A stretch of 64,000 nt of DNA from Ruditapes philippinarum (taxonomy: Eukaryota): positions 62,001 to 126,000 of the forward strand of contig NW_026852851.1 of the NCBI RefSeq assembly GCF_026571515.1. The letters run 5' to 3'. Positions 26,633 to 38,931 of the stretch are shown piece after piece (position 1 is the first letter of the stretch; every line of letters begins with the position of its first letter). The notes under the pieces were generated by a model that ran no database searches, was not told the DNA's origin, and saw only the letters and a list, made by a program, of their open reading frames with translations. Both the position numbers and the translations under genes were made by a program.

Positions 26633-29600
26633 TAAGAATCCTTAAAGAAAGAATAATGTCGTGTACATTATGAGAAAACATGGTCGTGGTCCTAGTTAGT
26701 GGCGAACCAACCGTCCCTGAGTTGACAGGCAGACTCATTAAGCCATTGGACATACTCTGAATCACTTGGCAGCATGTTTGCTAGGCTAGGCTGTAATTCA
26801 TAACATCTCTATCAAACTGCGTCCCTTGTTCTTTCTTTATGACATCATCCACATTCACGTGCAGTTAAAAACTAACAAATAATGCCAATTACCTTACATA
26901 TTCTGAACAATATTTATAGAGATTCTCCCTCGTTAATCCCGTCTGATTGCTCTCTTGAATATTCCTATATTACAATAAAACTCGGATTTTTCAGCGGGAC
27001 CACGAACGTTTTTCTCGTTTGTCAATGAAATATCAAATATCTAGGGACTTGTTAATAATGACATGCGTTATTCCAGCAATTACACTTAATTTCCTATCTT
27101 AAATTATGCTTTAATCGTATTTCAAACGAAAGAAATAAGAGCGTTTCTGCAATTTTCGGAAGCGTTCGTTTGTTTCAATGCGTTTTAGAAATTGCAATAC
27201 CGCCACGTGTTTCCGTACATATAGGATTTTCATTAAAGTATTATACACGTGAAACAAGACGTTTCTAGAGATGACTTCTACAGTATACTTTCATTATTTG
27301 AAAAGAAGAAGAAAAAACAAGAAAAATCCAATCATGTTATATATTGCTCCAGTTTTCTAAATTCAGACACATTTTGACAGCTTTTAAATCACTCAATTGA
27401 TTTTACTTCAGTACAACAATTTAAGATGGGGTTAAAGTTTGCAATGAGAAACAAAAGTGTAACGTACGGATACGTCTGGTTTTTATGTAGAAAAGATAAC
27501 TTGCCACTTTTATATGAATAATTGTAGTTTGTTTTCTATTTAAGGGGTTTAAGGCTTATATCTAATGAAGTTTGTTTTATAAAAGTTAAAAACGGTAAAA
27601 TTGTGTTATGTCCATAATCTTATCCGATTCTCAGGAAAATTGTAGCTGTCATATACGTCCCCGAGGCCCCTCCCCCACCTAGTACCTGCTGTAGCAGAAC
27701 TGAACATTTAAACATGAAATGGATACGTTTTTAATTTAGAGATATCATCAAATATATTCATTCGTCGGTTACCTAAAACTAACAGTGGAAAAATCTGATT
27801 AAACAAAACTGTTAAGCAACCTTTGGAAAAAACGTTAAATTTCCAATTTACTTTTTATTTAGGACGGAATCTACATCTTATAATATTGTATAGATTTACT
27901 CTCAGGAATGATTTCCTCGTTTGCATTTAAAGTAAATGCATGTACCTGCTTCTTTCATTTATTTCAAAGTAAGGTTAGTCAATGTTATTGTATTGAAAAG
28001 AGTTTAAATGTAATCAAAATCTGGAAAAGAAACGAAAAAGATATACACCATGATAGTACTTTAAAAACGCACCGGAAACTTTAAATAAGCACATGTGTAG
28101 TAAAGTCAGTCATTGGATGTAAATAAATTATAGCATTATGAATATTTTTACTTTTCTTAAAACCTTAGTACATTGTTCGCAAGGTTGTTTTCTTGAAATA
28201 ATTTGGTCCATTTTTTTTTTTTTATTCGGTATTTCCTCTTCTTCTGGAATGGCATGCTATTCAATTTTCATTGAAACATCCTGTATTGGTGTCTTTATGG
28301 AACAAATAATTGCTTTCGAAATATCTTGTTTATTGAAAATGGATAAGGTTAAATTAAAGTAAATATATCAGGTTTTAATTGGTTTTTGTATATATTATAT
28401 TAGTAATACTTGTAAAATGATCTTAGATTTCTAGGAAAACTACGTTTATAAATTATAATGGAGTAAGAACTTAGATAAATGATAAAGTAAAATGATATCT
28501 AAAATGCATTTTTCACTAGTAAATCGGTAAATTTCGACCTACGTCGGATAATATCGTATTTTATCCAATGCCATTCTCCAACTTCCCTCGACAATTCTGT
28601 TACTATTTTAAGTACACATATGTCGCGTGAGAGGGCGTGTTTCCACTTTGACGTCACTATTTGAAAGAAAAAAAGATATTGTTTGAGTGGGTAATCTTTT
28701 TACGTTACATCGTTAGTTTTATATGGATTTGCATACAATAGCTCATGTTAATACCCCCTACCTTAATTACAAAAGCCAATATATATATATATATGCAATT
28801 TCTTACAAATTCATTAATAACATATTTTCATAAAAAAATGTCCCATCTTAATCTCATCTGATTGCACTAATCAACATTTTTATCTGGCAATAAATCACAG
28901 GTTTTCTTTGGGATTATGAACTCTCTTCTCGTATTTGATATGATCATGCAGAGACTTGTAAATCATGACATTGTTAATTCCAGCAATTAAGAGTAATTCC
29001 CGACGAAGTGTCAAGTTACCATCACACTTTACCGGAAGTTCATACAATGAATTCTTTATCATTTTTTTGCTCAAGATTCTGTCAGTTTTATACCCTTTAT
29101 ATAAAAGAATAAAATGATCCGTCTTCTTATTTATTTGAAATTATAAATAAACATTATTTTCACAATTTAAAACAAATGATTGATTCTGTCTTCTTATAAA
29201 CAGGCAACTGATAAACAAAATAAAAAGCAAAGCCTTTTAAATTACATTGGAAAATAATAGCTGCTGTTAGTTTAATAAAGCTTGCTATGAGAAGTCCCTT
29301 AAAAACAAAGACATTAAATTTATTGTGATTGTCAATACAGAGCCGTCTTGCGTGCGTGTTTTGCCTTGTGCCCTGACCTGTTTTTGTTTGGTGTCCTCCT
29401 GGGCTATTTCCCGGTACTCCTGTGTTGCTGGGTCTTTTGGGGTTGCGTCCTTCTTTGTTAATCTTGTTTATTTATACTTTTAACATCATGGTTTTGTTTA
29501 AATAAAATTCTTTTATTGCAGGAACCTTTCATTTTGTTATTCAAGAATCTTGTCCATTAGCATAGCATTACCTGATAGCCGACCATACGTCTCGAGTCCG

Positions 29601-29654
29601 ATACTCATACTTAATTTCAACTGACCCTTGACTTTCCGACACATCAAAAAATTT

Positions 29655-30330
29655 CCACGTTTGTCTTTACATTGTATCAATAACTCCACGTCGGTCGTTA
29701 CTATATATCAATAACTCCACGTCGGTCGTTACTGTGTATCAATAACTCCACGTCGGTCGTTACTGTGTATCAATAACTCCACGTCGGTCGTTTTCGTGTA
29801 TCAATAACTCCACGTCGGTCGTTACTGTGTATCAATAACTCCACGTCGGTCGTTACTGTGTATCAATAACTCAAAGTCGGTCGTTACTGTGTATCAATAA
29901 CTCCACGTCGGTCGTTACTGTGTATCAATAACTCCACGTCGGTCGTTACTGTGTATCAATAACTCCACGTCGGTCGTGCCCGTGTATCAATAACTCCACG
30001 TCGATCGTTACTGTGTATCAATAACTCCACGTCGGTCGTTTCTGTGTATCAACAACTTCACGTCGGTCGTTACTGTGTATCAATTACTCCACGTCGGTCG
30101 TTACTGTGTATCAATAACTCCACGTCGGTCGTTATTGTGTATCAATAACTCCACGTCGGTCGTTTCTGTGTATCAATAACTCCAAGTCGATCGTTACTGT
30201 GTATCAATAACTCCACGTCGGTCGTTTCTGTGTATCAATAACTTCACGTCGGTCGTTACTGTGTTTTAATAACTCCACGTTGGTCATAACTGTGTATCAA
30301 TATTTTCACCCTCGGTTGATACTGTGTATT
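29655..30330 (+). repeat. 31-bp minisatellite, ~22 units
   Basis: Same unit as 19407-19740, at the paralogous position. Confidence 0.95.
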
Positions 30331-31698
30331 CATAAACTTAGTCAAGTGTGAATCAATAATTAACCGAAATCTAAAATTTTTCATATTCGACAACCGACAT
30401 AACCAAGTGTACTATAGTCCTAACTAGTGTCGATATATGTATATTCATTCTTTGTTCCCCCCGAAGATTGGCAATAAACATACTTACAAAGCATGTCGAT
30501 AGTGAAAGGTTTTCTCTTGAGCCCCACTATTGGCAATTTGAGAACCTAGAGACTTAATTATATCTTTCAGAAAATATAGCAATATCTTGGAGCAATGAGC
30601 ATCGTTCCTTAATTATTATCTCTATCAAGTACTTAAATAATTTGACTCATTTGACCCAGATTACGATTTTTTGTCGATAAAATTTTATTAACTAGAGGGA
30701 CTGCATTCGGCAAACCTCGGCGGCTATCAATGATTATGAATAAAAATAAGAGTAATAGGGAAGGTACGTAGACTCTTAAACGGAACCTTTTTGCCAGATT
30801 GAATCACAAAGATTAATCGAAGACACTTGATGTAAATGGTCCATCAAATATCTTCAAATTAATATCATTCCTTAGAATCATTTTATCACTTAATATTTCC
30901 TGTAGGAGACAGTTGTGGAGTAATCTGTAGCTATTTTATATTGATTTTCACCATTAGAGACTAGATTATCGCTACAAGATCAAATTACATGTCCACAGTA
31001 AAACATATTAATAATTCTTGTTTAAAAAAACAAGCTCAGAATGAATAGTTAAAACCCCTTGTAGAAATGAGTTCTATAAAAAAAATATTGTGACCGTTTC
31101 ATTAATAATCTTCTTTCTTTTGTTTTAATTGATATAAATATAAAAAAAAAACATCTTTTGACTTCACTCAAAGTAGATATGTTGTTTTTTAACTTCTACA
31201 CAATATAGGTGGTTACCATATGAATATGAAGTATTACTAAAAACAAACTGGCAGTTTTTTTAAGAACAAACCAATTTCACATGACCTGTATTTCAATTAA
31301 TAATTTATTCATTCTTTGATTCAAATTAGACATATTGGGTAAGAATTTCATAGATATCAATAAATTTCTGTGCTAAATATATTTTACACAAGGATGAGCA
31401 TAGTATAACTTAACTTTAAAGGCTGTGAAATAAGACCGTTTTATTAATACAAGATAAAACTAATTTAAATACGGAAGATTAAAGTGTAAAAAACCCTTTT
31501 CAAAGAATCTTATTTGTAATTGTATCATAGTTTGGAGACCTTTCTGTTGAAAATGTGTCAGGGTTAAATCGTATACATATACATGCACAGTGCGTTAACT
31601 GGAGTGCGGGTATTAGTTACCCGCACTCCAGAGCATGCCCATTGATTGGCTCATTTTTGCTGGGGTTTACATATTGTGACGGCAGAGAAAGGGAAAGC

Positions 31699-32223
31699 CA
31701 ATCGCAACTTCTCGGCCCTTTCCGTCAGTCTTCGGATAAGGACCTCGAACACAATAGTATGAATACACAGAACGGATGCGGTATTTAGGTCTAACCTACG
31801 CTAAGAAACTAAACATGTAAACAAATAGTAATTTAATGCTTGGAGTTGTTGACAAATTTATTTCCAATTTATGTAGTAAAAGTCCACCTAAAATAAGTGA
31901 ATTCATAGGTACAAAAGCAAACAATACATTATTTATATATTTATTATTATGGTTGTAGAAACCGAAAGTACAAAAACCCAACCTGTTGACATTTAGTCGG
32001 ATTTGTTTAAAATTGAACATCAGTGGGCATATTTAAATTACAAATTGTTGTCAGACATATTTTCAAGCAAAAGAGTACCGGAACAGACATTAGATGTCAA
32101 ATATATACATTCGTTTTACATTATCTCTGTTTCTGTTTACATCTGAAACCACGTGGTAGAACTACTTTCAATCCGTATTGTTTCCGAGGTTATTATAGAT
32201 AATAGCCGAGGCAGTTCCGAATG
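31699..32223. mobile_element. Non-autonomous DNA transposon, 525 bp, 9-bp TSD
   Basis: AGGGAAAGC duplicated at 31690-31698 and 32224-32232; imperfect TIRs caatcgcaactt-ctcggc / cattcggaactgcctcggc; empty site in the paralog at ~36049. Confidence 0.8.
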
Positions 32224-32629
32224 AGGGAAAGCGACAGAAATATCATAGTCAGATGTTCGTTCATTGGTTCATTTTTGCCGGGGTTTCATATTGTTACAAC
32301 AGGGAACGTGTTTTTATGTTTGACTATGATACAAAAGAGAAAGAACACCAAAACACTCGGTAATCTGATTAATACTCGGGGGCTACGCCCCCTCGTACAA
32401 ATCAGATAACCTCGTGTTTCGGTGCTCTTTCTATTACTATCAGTACCACGGGTAACACCTTCTTGATGTATGCATTCTGCAGTTGTATAATCTGGTTATA
32501 CAGTTCGTTGTTAATTTTCTGTAGAAAGAACATGTTTTTACATAATGCATTCTTAAAGGCACTTTATGCCTAAGAAACGAATTATTTTTACTTCTTAAGA
32601 AGAAGCAAATATGAAGTTCATAATGTTAA

Positions 32630-32947
32630 AGGGACTTCACTGAGGTTTAAAAGCCTAAAAACACAACATTTGTTATTCGTACATTCTTACATAAATAAGC
32701 TTGGGCACTTTAAATAGGAATATATGCTAAGATAGTTAAGAAATATACTTTGAAATAAATTGAAAATAGTATTTTTATGCTTTTTCTTGCCCTATTTGAG
32801 TGAAAAGCGTTTACACGCTTTTCATTTTGGGTCATCTATTTACAATTTAAATATTTATTCTGGAACAACGAAGTGCGTGGATGATCTGAAATTTTGCACA
32901 AAGATATTTTCAGTCCCATCATGTCAAAACACCTCGATGGATTCCCT
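32630..32947 (+). mobile_element. TTAA-flanked MITE (Kolobok-like non-autonomous element)
   Basis: ttaa|agggacttcactgaggt...acctcgatggattccct|ttaa; empty site at ~12303; homologous to 51824-52180. Confidence 0.75.
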
Positions 32948-33654
32948 TTAAAATATGGGTTTTAGAGAATGTAATATGTTTATTACCTGATGAAATTAGC
33001 GATAGGTGCCAATTTATTTGTCATGTTAGTAGTCATATAAGTAGTAACATGTAAACAAAGTAGTTTTTTGACTTCCATACAAAACACCAAATCAATGTAA
33101 CTGCACTAATTGCCAAAGAAAAACAGAAGAAAAAGATGTTTCGGGTCATTTGACAAAGGGTTACCTATGGTAACTATAAATGTACACAAAAATATTTTTT
33201 AGAAATAAAAATAAAACATTTCTAGGGCAGATTGGGCCTTAAAGTTATATAATCTTGTAGTGTAGTTTATTTTTTCTTTGTAGAATGTCTGAAAGCTTGT
33301 GTAATTGTGGTACGTATACGAAATCAAAAACGTTTTAAGAAGACAACAATAAAAAACGTCTAGTTTCCATTGAGGCTTGTGAAAACAAAATTGATGTGTG
33401 TATATACATATTGTAATAAACAAAATCTTAACCTTGAAGTAGAAAAATGTTGCAGGTTCGATTCGATTGAGCCTGTTCATAGTGGTATTGTTTAATACAA
33501 CCTACCGTCAACATAGCATCGGCTCGGCAGAACAACGTTAAGGACGTGGATTGAGACTGTTACAGATATATATGGCAGTCGTGATAAAGCATGGTAGGGT
33601 CTTAAAGCATAACGACTCTATCAAGGTAATATAATTATGACGTCTTTTCATATC

Positions 33655-33760
33655 TCAGGCGCACCTTTCGTGCTTTATTTCAGACACGAGCGGGTATCTG
33701 AACAGAACCATCGACCTTCCGTAGACTGACTGGATAGCTTACCGAAAATGAAGGAATACA
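33655..33760. mobile_element. SINE-like fragment (related fragment at 45040-45172)
   Basis: Both loci share cgtgc.tt.ttt.ag.ca.gagcg.gtatctga..agaaccatcgac.ttcc. The family assignment is from recall of mollusc SINEs. Confidence 0.5.
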
Positions 33761-34004
33761 ATGTCCCTTGAAGGATAAGTAGCCGAACCTACAATTGGTT
33801 TCAATTCAGTTACCTCAGTAACTCGGAAAAAAATATAAAAAAGTGTTATTTGGGTTTTTGTTCTTCTTCTTCTTGTTGTTGTTGATTTTATTGTTCTTTT
33901 TTTTTGTAATTCGTGAAAAAAATACATTTTCACTCACTAAATTTTCGTACAACATGACAAAATTCAATGAAGTTTATCATATTTCGTGAAAATATGTTTT
34001 ATAT

Positions 34005-35620
34005 CGTCTTTTTTGCAGATGATAGTTCTATGTCAGTAACAAGCGAGAATTCTAGATTTATAGAAATGCCTCTAAATATTGATCTTAAAACTCTTACTGA
34101 ATGGGCAAACCAATGGCTTTTAACCTTTAATCCTAATAAGACAAAAGTATTATTTTGTTCTCTTATTAGAAATGAAAGACCTTTTTTTTACTTTAACAAA
34201 TTTTAACTTTATTACACTCAACACCACAGGCATTTGGGGTTAACCTTCAGTGATGATGGAACTTGGCATGAACATATTAATAATACTAAATCGGCGTCCA
34301 ACATATTAGGTTTTATGAGTTTATTTAAGTTCAAATTAAATAGATCAACATTAAATCAAATTTATATTCCCTACAAGGGGCCTTGTAACACCGCACTTTG
34401 GGGTCGGACCCCAAAGTGCGTTTGATCCCAAAGTGCGGTGTTACAAGGCCTTTATTAGAACACGCTAGTGTTATTTGGGACAGTTGTACCTTATATGAAA
34501 ACAGGAAAAAAATGAAATAAATGCATCACGAAGCTGCTCGCTTAGTAACTGGTTTGACTCGCTAAGAGTCAATAGAAAGACTTCTGCACGAAATAGGTTG
34601 GATCTATTTAGCAGATGGCCGTTTAATGCAAAAATTATCAATAATGTATAAAGCTAAAACAGGGGAGTTTCAAAGTTATCTTGACACTTTGTATCAGAAA
34701 GTAGCCAATATAACCTTAATAATAACGATAATTGCGTGACAATAGCGCGACGAACAGAAATATTTTCTAGATCATTTATACCCTCAGCAATTTCGGCATG
34801 GAATAGTCTTGATAATGATATGCATGACTCGCCTTCTTCAAATGTGTCCAAAACTAAACTTAAGGATAAATTCAAACCCACACTTGTCTATAAATATTAT
34901 TTAATTGGAGAAAGATAATCATCTGCTTACCATGTACGTTTAAGAAATATGTGAAGTAATTTGAATGATGATCCGTATAGAAATCAATTAGCAAACTCCC
35001 CTGTTTGTGAGTTTTGCTATATGGAGCAGAATGCTGAACATTTCTTTTTTAATTGTAATTATTATTATGGCGTTCAAAGACTCCAACTTTTCGCTTCCAG
35101 TCGCCCTACTCATCCATTAAGTACAGTACAAGTACTTTCTTTTATGGAAAAGAAAATTTATCAGATGAGGAAACTCTTTTTTTATTTCACGATGTTCAAA
35201 AATATATTAAAAAACACACATAGATTTAAATAACAACAAATAAGTACATGTAAAGTTAATAATCGTTGTTCCAATTTCATTTCTTCTAATTTCCCTTTGT
35301 AAATGACATGTATGTTTTGACAGCCATACAAACCATCACATACTGCAAGTGCAGGGAAATGATTTTTTTAGCAAATGCTTTTAAATTTAATATCGCATTC
35401 TTTTTGCTCCATTTTTTATTTTGTCTAAATATTTGTAATTGCTCATTCGTATAGTGTTTAAACATGTTTTCGTTTCTATATCTTATAATGCTTAAGGAAT
35501 GACAGCTACTAATGTTGCCAGAACGTGTTGTTAAACCATTTTGCCCTTTGTCAAAAATGTTGTTATGTGAAAATAATGTTCTTAAATTGTATTCAAAGAG
35601 CAATAGAGTATTGTGAAATT
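34005..35620 (+). mobile_element. 5'-truncated, decayed CR1-group LINE (RT C-terminus and 3' end)
   Basis: FADD, DLKTLTEWANQWLLTFNPNKTK, HLGLTFSDDGTWHEHIN, PLLEHASVIWD, EAARLVTG, SFIPSAISAWNSL, SPVCEFC..AEHFFFNC, with stops and frameshifts. The 3' UTR boundary is approximate. Confidence 0.9.
34384..34445. mobile_element. 62-bp TGT...ACA mini-transposon nested in the LINE
   Basis: 19-bp TIR tgtaacaccgcactttggg / cccaaagtgcggtgttaca, flanked by gggcct and aggcct. It interrupts the LINE Y..RPLLE motif. Confidence 0.8.
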
Positions 35621-35874
35621 AAGAAAATATATTCCATATTTCACTCAAACGAAAAAAAAATTTTTTTTAAAGCAGCATGCCTCCAGATGAGCGACAATAT
35701 TTCAATAAATTCAAACTTGAGAAAAAAGATTTTAGGAAAAGTAGAAAGAAACAACATTCAAGTAAAAATGTACATGGTATATACGCAATTAATTTTTATT
35801 GTGTGTAATTATATTTCTAATGCGTTAGTAACGTAGTAAAGGCATTTTTTTTTTACATATTTTGACCTCTTTTT

Positions 35875-36265
35875 ATAGTTGTATCATAGTTTGGGGACCT
35901 TTCTGTTGAAAATGTGTCCGAGTTAAATCGTAAACATATACATGCACAGTGCGGTAACTGGAGTGCAGGTATTAGTCACTCGCACTCCAGAGCATGCCCA
36001 TTGATTGGCTCATTTTTGCTGGGGTTTACTTATTGTGACGGCAGAGAAATGGAAAGCGTAAGAAATATCATATTCAGATGCTCTTTCATTGGTTACTTTT
36101 TCTTGGGTTTTTTCTAGTGACAACAAGAAACGTGTTTTTATGTTTGACTATGATACAAAAGAGAAAGAACACCAAAACACTCCGCAATCTAATCAATACT
36201 CGGGGGGGCTACGCCCCCTCGTACAAATTAGATAACCTCGTGTTTCGATGCTCTTTCTATTACTT
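35875..36265 (+). repeat. Hairpin-bounded interspersed repeat (second copy at 31520-32440, interrupted)
   Basis: Contains a ctggagtgcgggta..tacccgcactccag stem (perfect at 31599-31631) and a ~95-nt terminal hairpin centred on gggggcTACgccccc. Confidence 0.8.
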
Positions 36266-36579
36266 ACCATGGGATGTAAATGCTATTGATAATATGTAAA
36301 TTGCTTCCTTTTGGTCACTTTAAAATGTTACACTTTAAATTACATTTTCAAATTTTTCATGAAAATAAGCATTAATCTGGAGGCGTGCTGCTTTAAATTT
36401 TTATACGGAAAAATTACACAACAGAGGTATGTTTTAAATCAGAAAACCGGAAGTAATGTATCAAGTTGATCGAAATATGATTAAGAGAAATGAATAATGT
36501 GTTATACGTGAATGTTTCAAGTCACAATACCGTCAATATAACATTCGTTTACATAGATAACGAAATAACTGGCTGCTTT

Positions 36580-37449
36580 CTAGGTACAGTAACAAAGCGG
36601 ATGTATCCCATTGTCGTTCAAGCATTCCGTGTCATCAAAAAGATAGTCATACATTTTTAACATCATTACACATTTTGTGTCCATCTGTGGGTACTGTGGT
36701 TGATTTTTTGTCCACAGTGGGTTGTTCTTCAGCGATGAAAAATCGTCTTGCCATACAAAATCATCCCTAGTGTCGTCGTATCTAGCGTTCACCCACAATG
36801 CAACCATGTTACTACTGTTTGCATATGTAGCAACGGCCTTCCATGTAGCATGGTCTGTGACTGAGAGAAAGTGTCCTCCGTTCGCTTTACAGTTAGTTTT
36901 TGCGACGTCCCAACTGAATACTTCAGGCAAAATGTTGATATATTTGTTAATATTTGAAAAATACTGGTATCCGGCACAATGTTGTGTTGTCGCTGGCGTT
37001 GTCGTTGTTGTTGACGTCATTGTTTTAGATGTTGACGTCATCGTTGTAGGTGTTGTTGTTGTTGTTGTTGTTGATGTTGTAGATGTAGTTGGGGTTGTTA
37101 TTGCGTTTTCTTTTTTATTGTAAAAATATTTCGTTCCAGGTTTTGGCTTTGAGTACTTCAGGACGTCTGAGCTGTGCGATGGAAATCTGACGCTGTGAAG
37201 CTGGCATAATGGCGGCGTTTTCATGTAAAAAACTGAAGCACAATCCGTCCTTTTATCACATTCGCTGACACACTTTATCTTACTGGAAGAGTTTAATGTT
37301 CCTACAACAAAGTCGTCAGATATCTTATTATCATATGCAGGTTCGCTTGCCCAGGCTGAAGACTGCACCGAACCGTTACATATGAAAACATCACTGAATA
37401 TTACCAAAACAAAGAAAAGTAATTCTTGCATGGTGTTGCACATCATCAT
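36580..37449 (-). CDS. Secreted PAN/apple-domain + Thr-rich linker + C-type lectin domain protein
   Basis: Hydrophobic signal peptide (MQELLFFVLVIFSDVFICNG); PAN-like core CVSEC..DCASVFY..CQLHS; ~40-aa poly-Thr stretch; CTLD motifs SWDVAKTNCKANGGHFLSV, LWVNA, FVWQD, WTKNQP, CVMM, FDDTEC, LC. A splice acceptor ttttattatcag ends at 37459, so the real start is ATG 37449 or 37431, not the ORF-track 37524. Confidence 0.9.
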   Translation of the reverse strand: MMMCNTMQELLFFVLVIFSDVFICNGSVQSSAWASEPAYDNKISDDFVVGTLNSSSKIKCVSECDKRTDCASVFYMKTPPLCQLHSVRFPSHSSDVLKYSKPKPGTKYFYNKKENAITTPTTSTTSTTTTTTTPTTMTSTSKTMTSTTTTTPATTQHCAGYQYFSNINKYINILPEVFSWDVAKTNCKANGGHFLSVTDHATWKAVATYANSSNMVALWVNARYDDTRDDFVWQDDFSSLKNNPLWTKNQPQYPQMDTKCVMMLKMYDYLFDDTECLNDNGIHPLCYCT

Positions 37450-38125
37450 GTTAGAGACCTGATAATAAAATCTTTCAAAATGTCCGCCTTTTATACTTGC
37501 GTATGTTTTAATATGGCTATCCAATATTTGATTTTTTAAACAGGACAGGATATTAAAAATTGCTATCCAAACGACATAGTATGGTCACTTAGCTAAAAGT
37601 GTATGCTGATTGGTTAGATAAATGAAAGTATATTCGCGAATGAGATTGAAAGGACTTTTGAACAATAAGATAATAATCACGTGTTTATTCAAATGAGTAT
37701 ACAGATATTTTTACTTTAAAGTGAGATTTTGCTCACCCAAGGGTATAACAAGAGTATACATGTATATATGTAAAAGTTAAAATAAATTTATATTTCATCA
37801 CAATTTCTTTGATTTTATAATTTACTTCGATGAAAAATAACCCACGTGGCGTAAGGAAATTTCAGTATATTATCGATAGGCATTTATTTACCTGTAACGG
37901 TCATTTTTTTTATTTATTTTTTTTTTAAAGTGGGTAGTCTTTTTATATATTTTAGACAGGTTAATATTTTATCCTTAACATTTTCCAATGTCAACCAGCC
38001 ACCATTATAAGTCAATTTTTAAAATATGTAAACGATTCAGCCCATAAAATGAACATTATGTCACTTTAATGTAAACCTTTTTAACCTTACCAAAGAAAAA
38101 GAGTGAATTCCGTTACACTCATTAA

Positions 38126-38666
38126 AGTGACTCTACCGCGGTTTTTAAACATGAATTATTTGTCAGATTTTTGTGTACCATTTGATGAAGGTTTGGCCCA
38201 ATAAATTGTGTGCAAATTATTGAATAATCATTTTATTGTGCAAAATTTCCTAAAAATGTAAAGCGTTGCAACGCTTTTCACTCAAACCATAAAAAACATT
38301 TAAATTTGAGCCGTGTCACGACAAAACCAACATAATGGGCTTGCGACAAGCATGGATCCAGACCAGCCTGCGCATCCGCGCAATCTGATCAGCATCCATG
38401 CTGTTCGCTATCAGTTTCTCTACTTGTAATAGGGTTGGTAAGCGAACAGCATGGATCCTGATCAGACTGCGCGGATGCGCAGGCTGGTCTGGATCCATGC
38501 TGGTCGCAAACCCACTATGTTGGTTTTGTCATGGCGCGGCTCATTTAATTCTGAGTATAGATCTCAGTTATCGTGGCAGAGTTTTTCGTTGTAAGTGTTT
38601 CACTTGATATTTGTAACATTTTCAAATTGTATGGGTTTTAGGCTTTTGGACCGCAGCGGAGTTCCT
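38126..38666 (-). mobile_element. TTAA-flanked element of the same family, inverted, with a nested MITE
   Basis: ttaa|agtgactctaccgcgg...ccgcagcggagttcct|ttaa. Internal cgcttttcactcaaa is the reverse complement of tttgagtgaaaagcg at ~32795. Confidence 0.6.
38307..38543. mobile_element. Palindromic ~237-bp MITE, copy 1
   Basis: TGAGCCG..GACAAAACCAACA / TGTTGGTTTTGTC..CGGCTCA; ~100-bp TIRs; each arm contains cagcatggatcc..ggatccatgctg. Confidence 0.92.
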
Positions 38667-38931
38667 TTAATATTATAAAATCACTGAACCGCAAAGAATG
38701 CTCTTTTATGATTAACGTGTAGCTCAAATGGAGAATCTCTACTATGATAAGTTACAGATGTCTTACAAAGAAATTGCCAAATTTACCCATTTCTGCAAAT
38801 AAAAGAATATAATCAAAAATAAATAAATAAATAAATAATCACCTGTTCTGCATTTAAATGATGTAATCTTTTTTCTTTAGATAAAATTAAAATCAACTGA
38901 AAATCAACTACAGTGCAGTCTTGAATTAGAT

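Larger units (their letters stand above)
20981..33520 (+). repeat. Large tandem duplication, copy 3 (distal part more diverged and interrupted; right boundary approximate)
   Basis: Collinear with copy 2 to ~30540. Then 30829-31110 matches 11207-11480, 32455-33050 matches 12130-12390, and 33443-33522 matches 12482-12560. Confidence 0.85.

Noticed and set aside
29655-30330. 31-bp array as a CRISPR array
   Set aside because: Units are contiguous with no unique spacers, there are no cas genes, and the context is eukaryotic.
36722-37123. Val-rich 133-aa ORF on the plus strand
   Set aside because: Antisense shadow of the lectin's poly-Thr codons.
37450-37524. N-terminal extension of the lectin ORF
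   Set aside because: It begins at a non-ATG codon and crosses a splice acceptor at 37459; the signal peptide starts downstream.
38316-38607. Recurrent [18 protein letters not shown] / [13 protein letters not shown] peptides
   Set aside because: Translations of the palindromic MITE in both directions, not genes.
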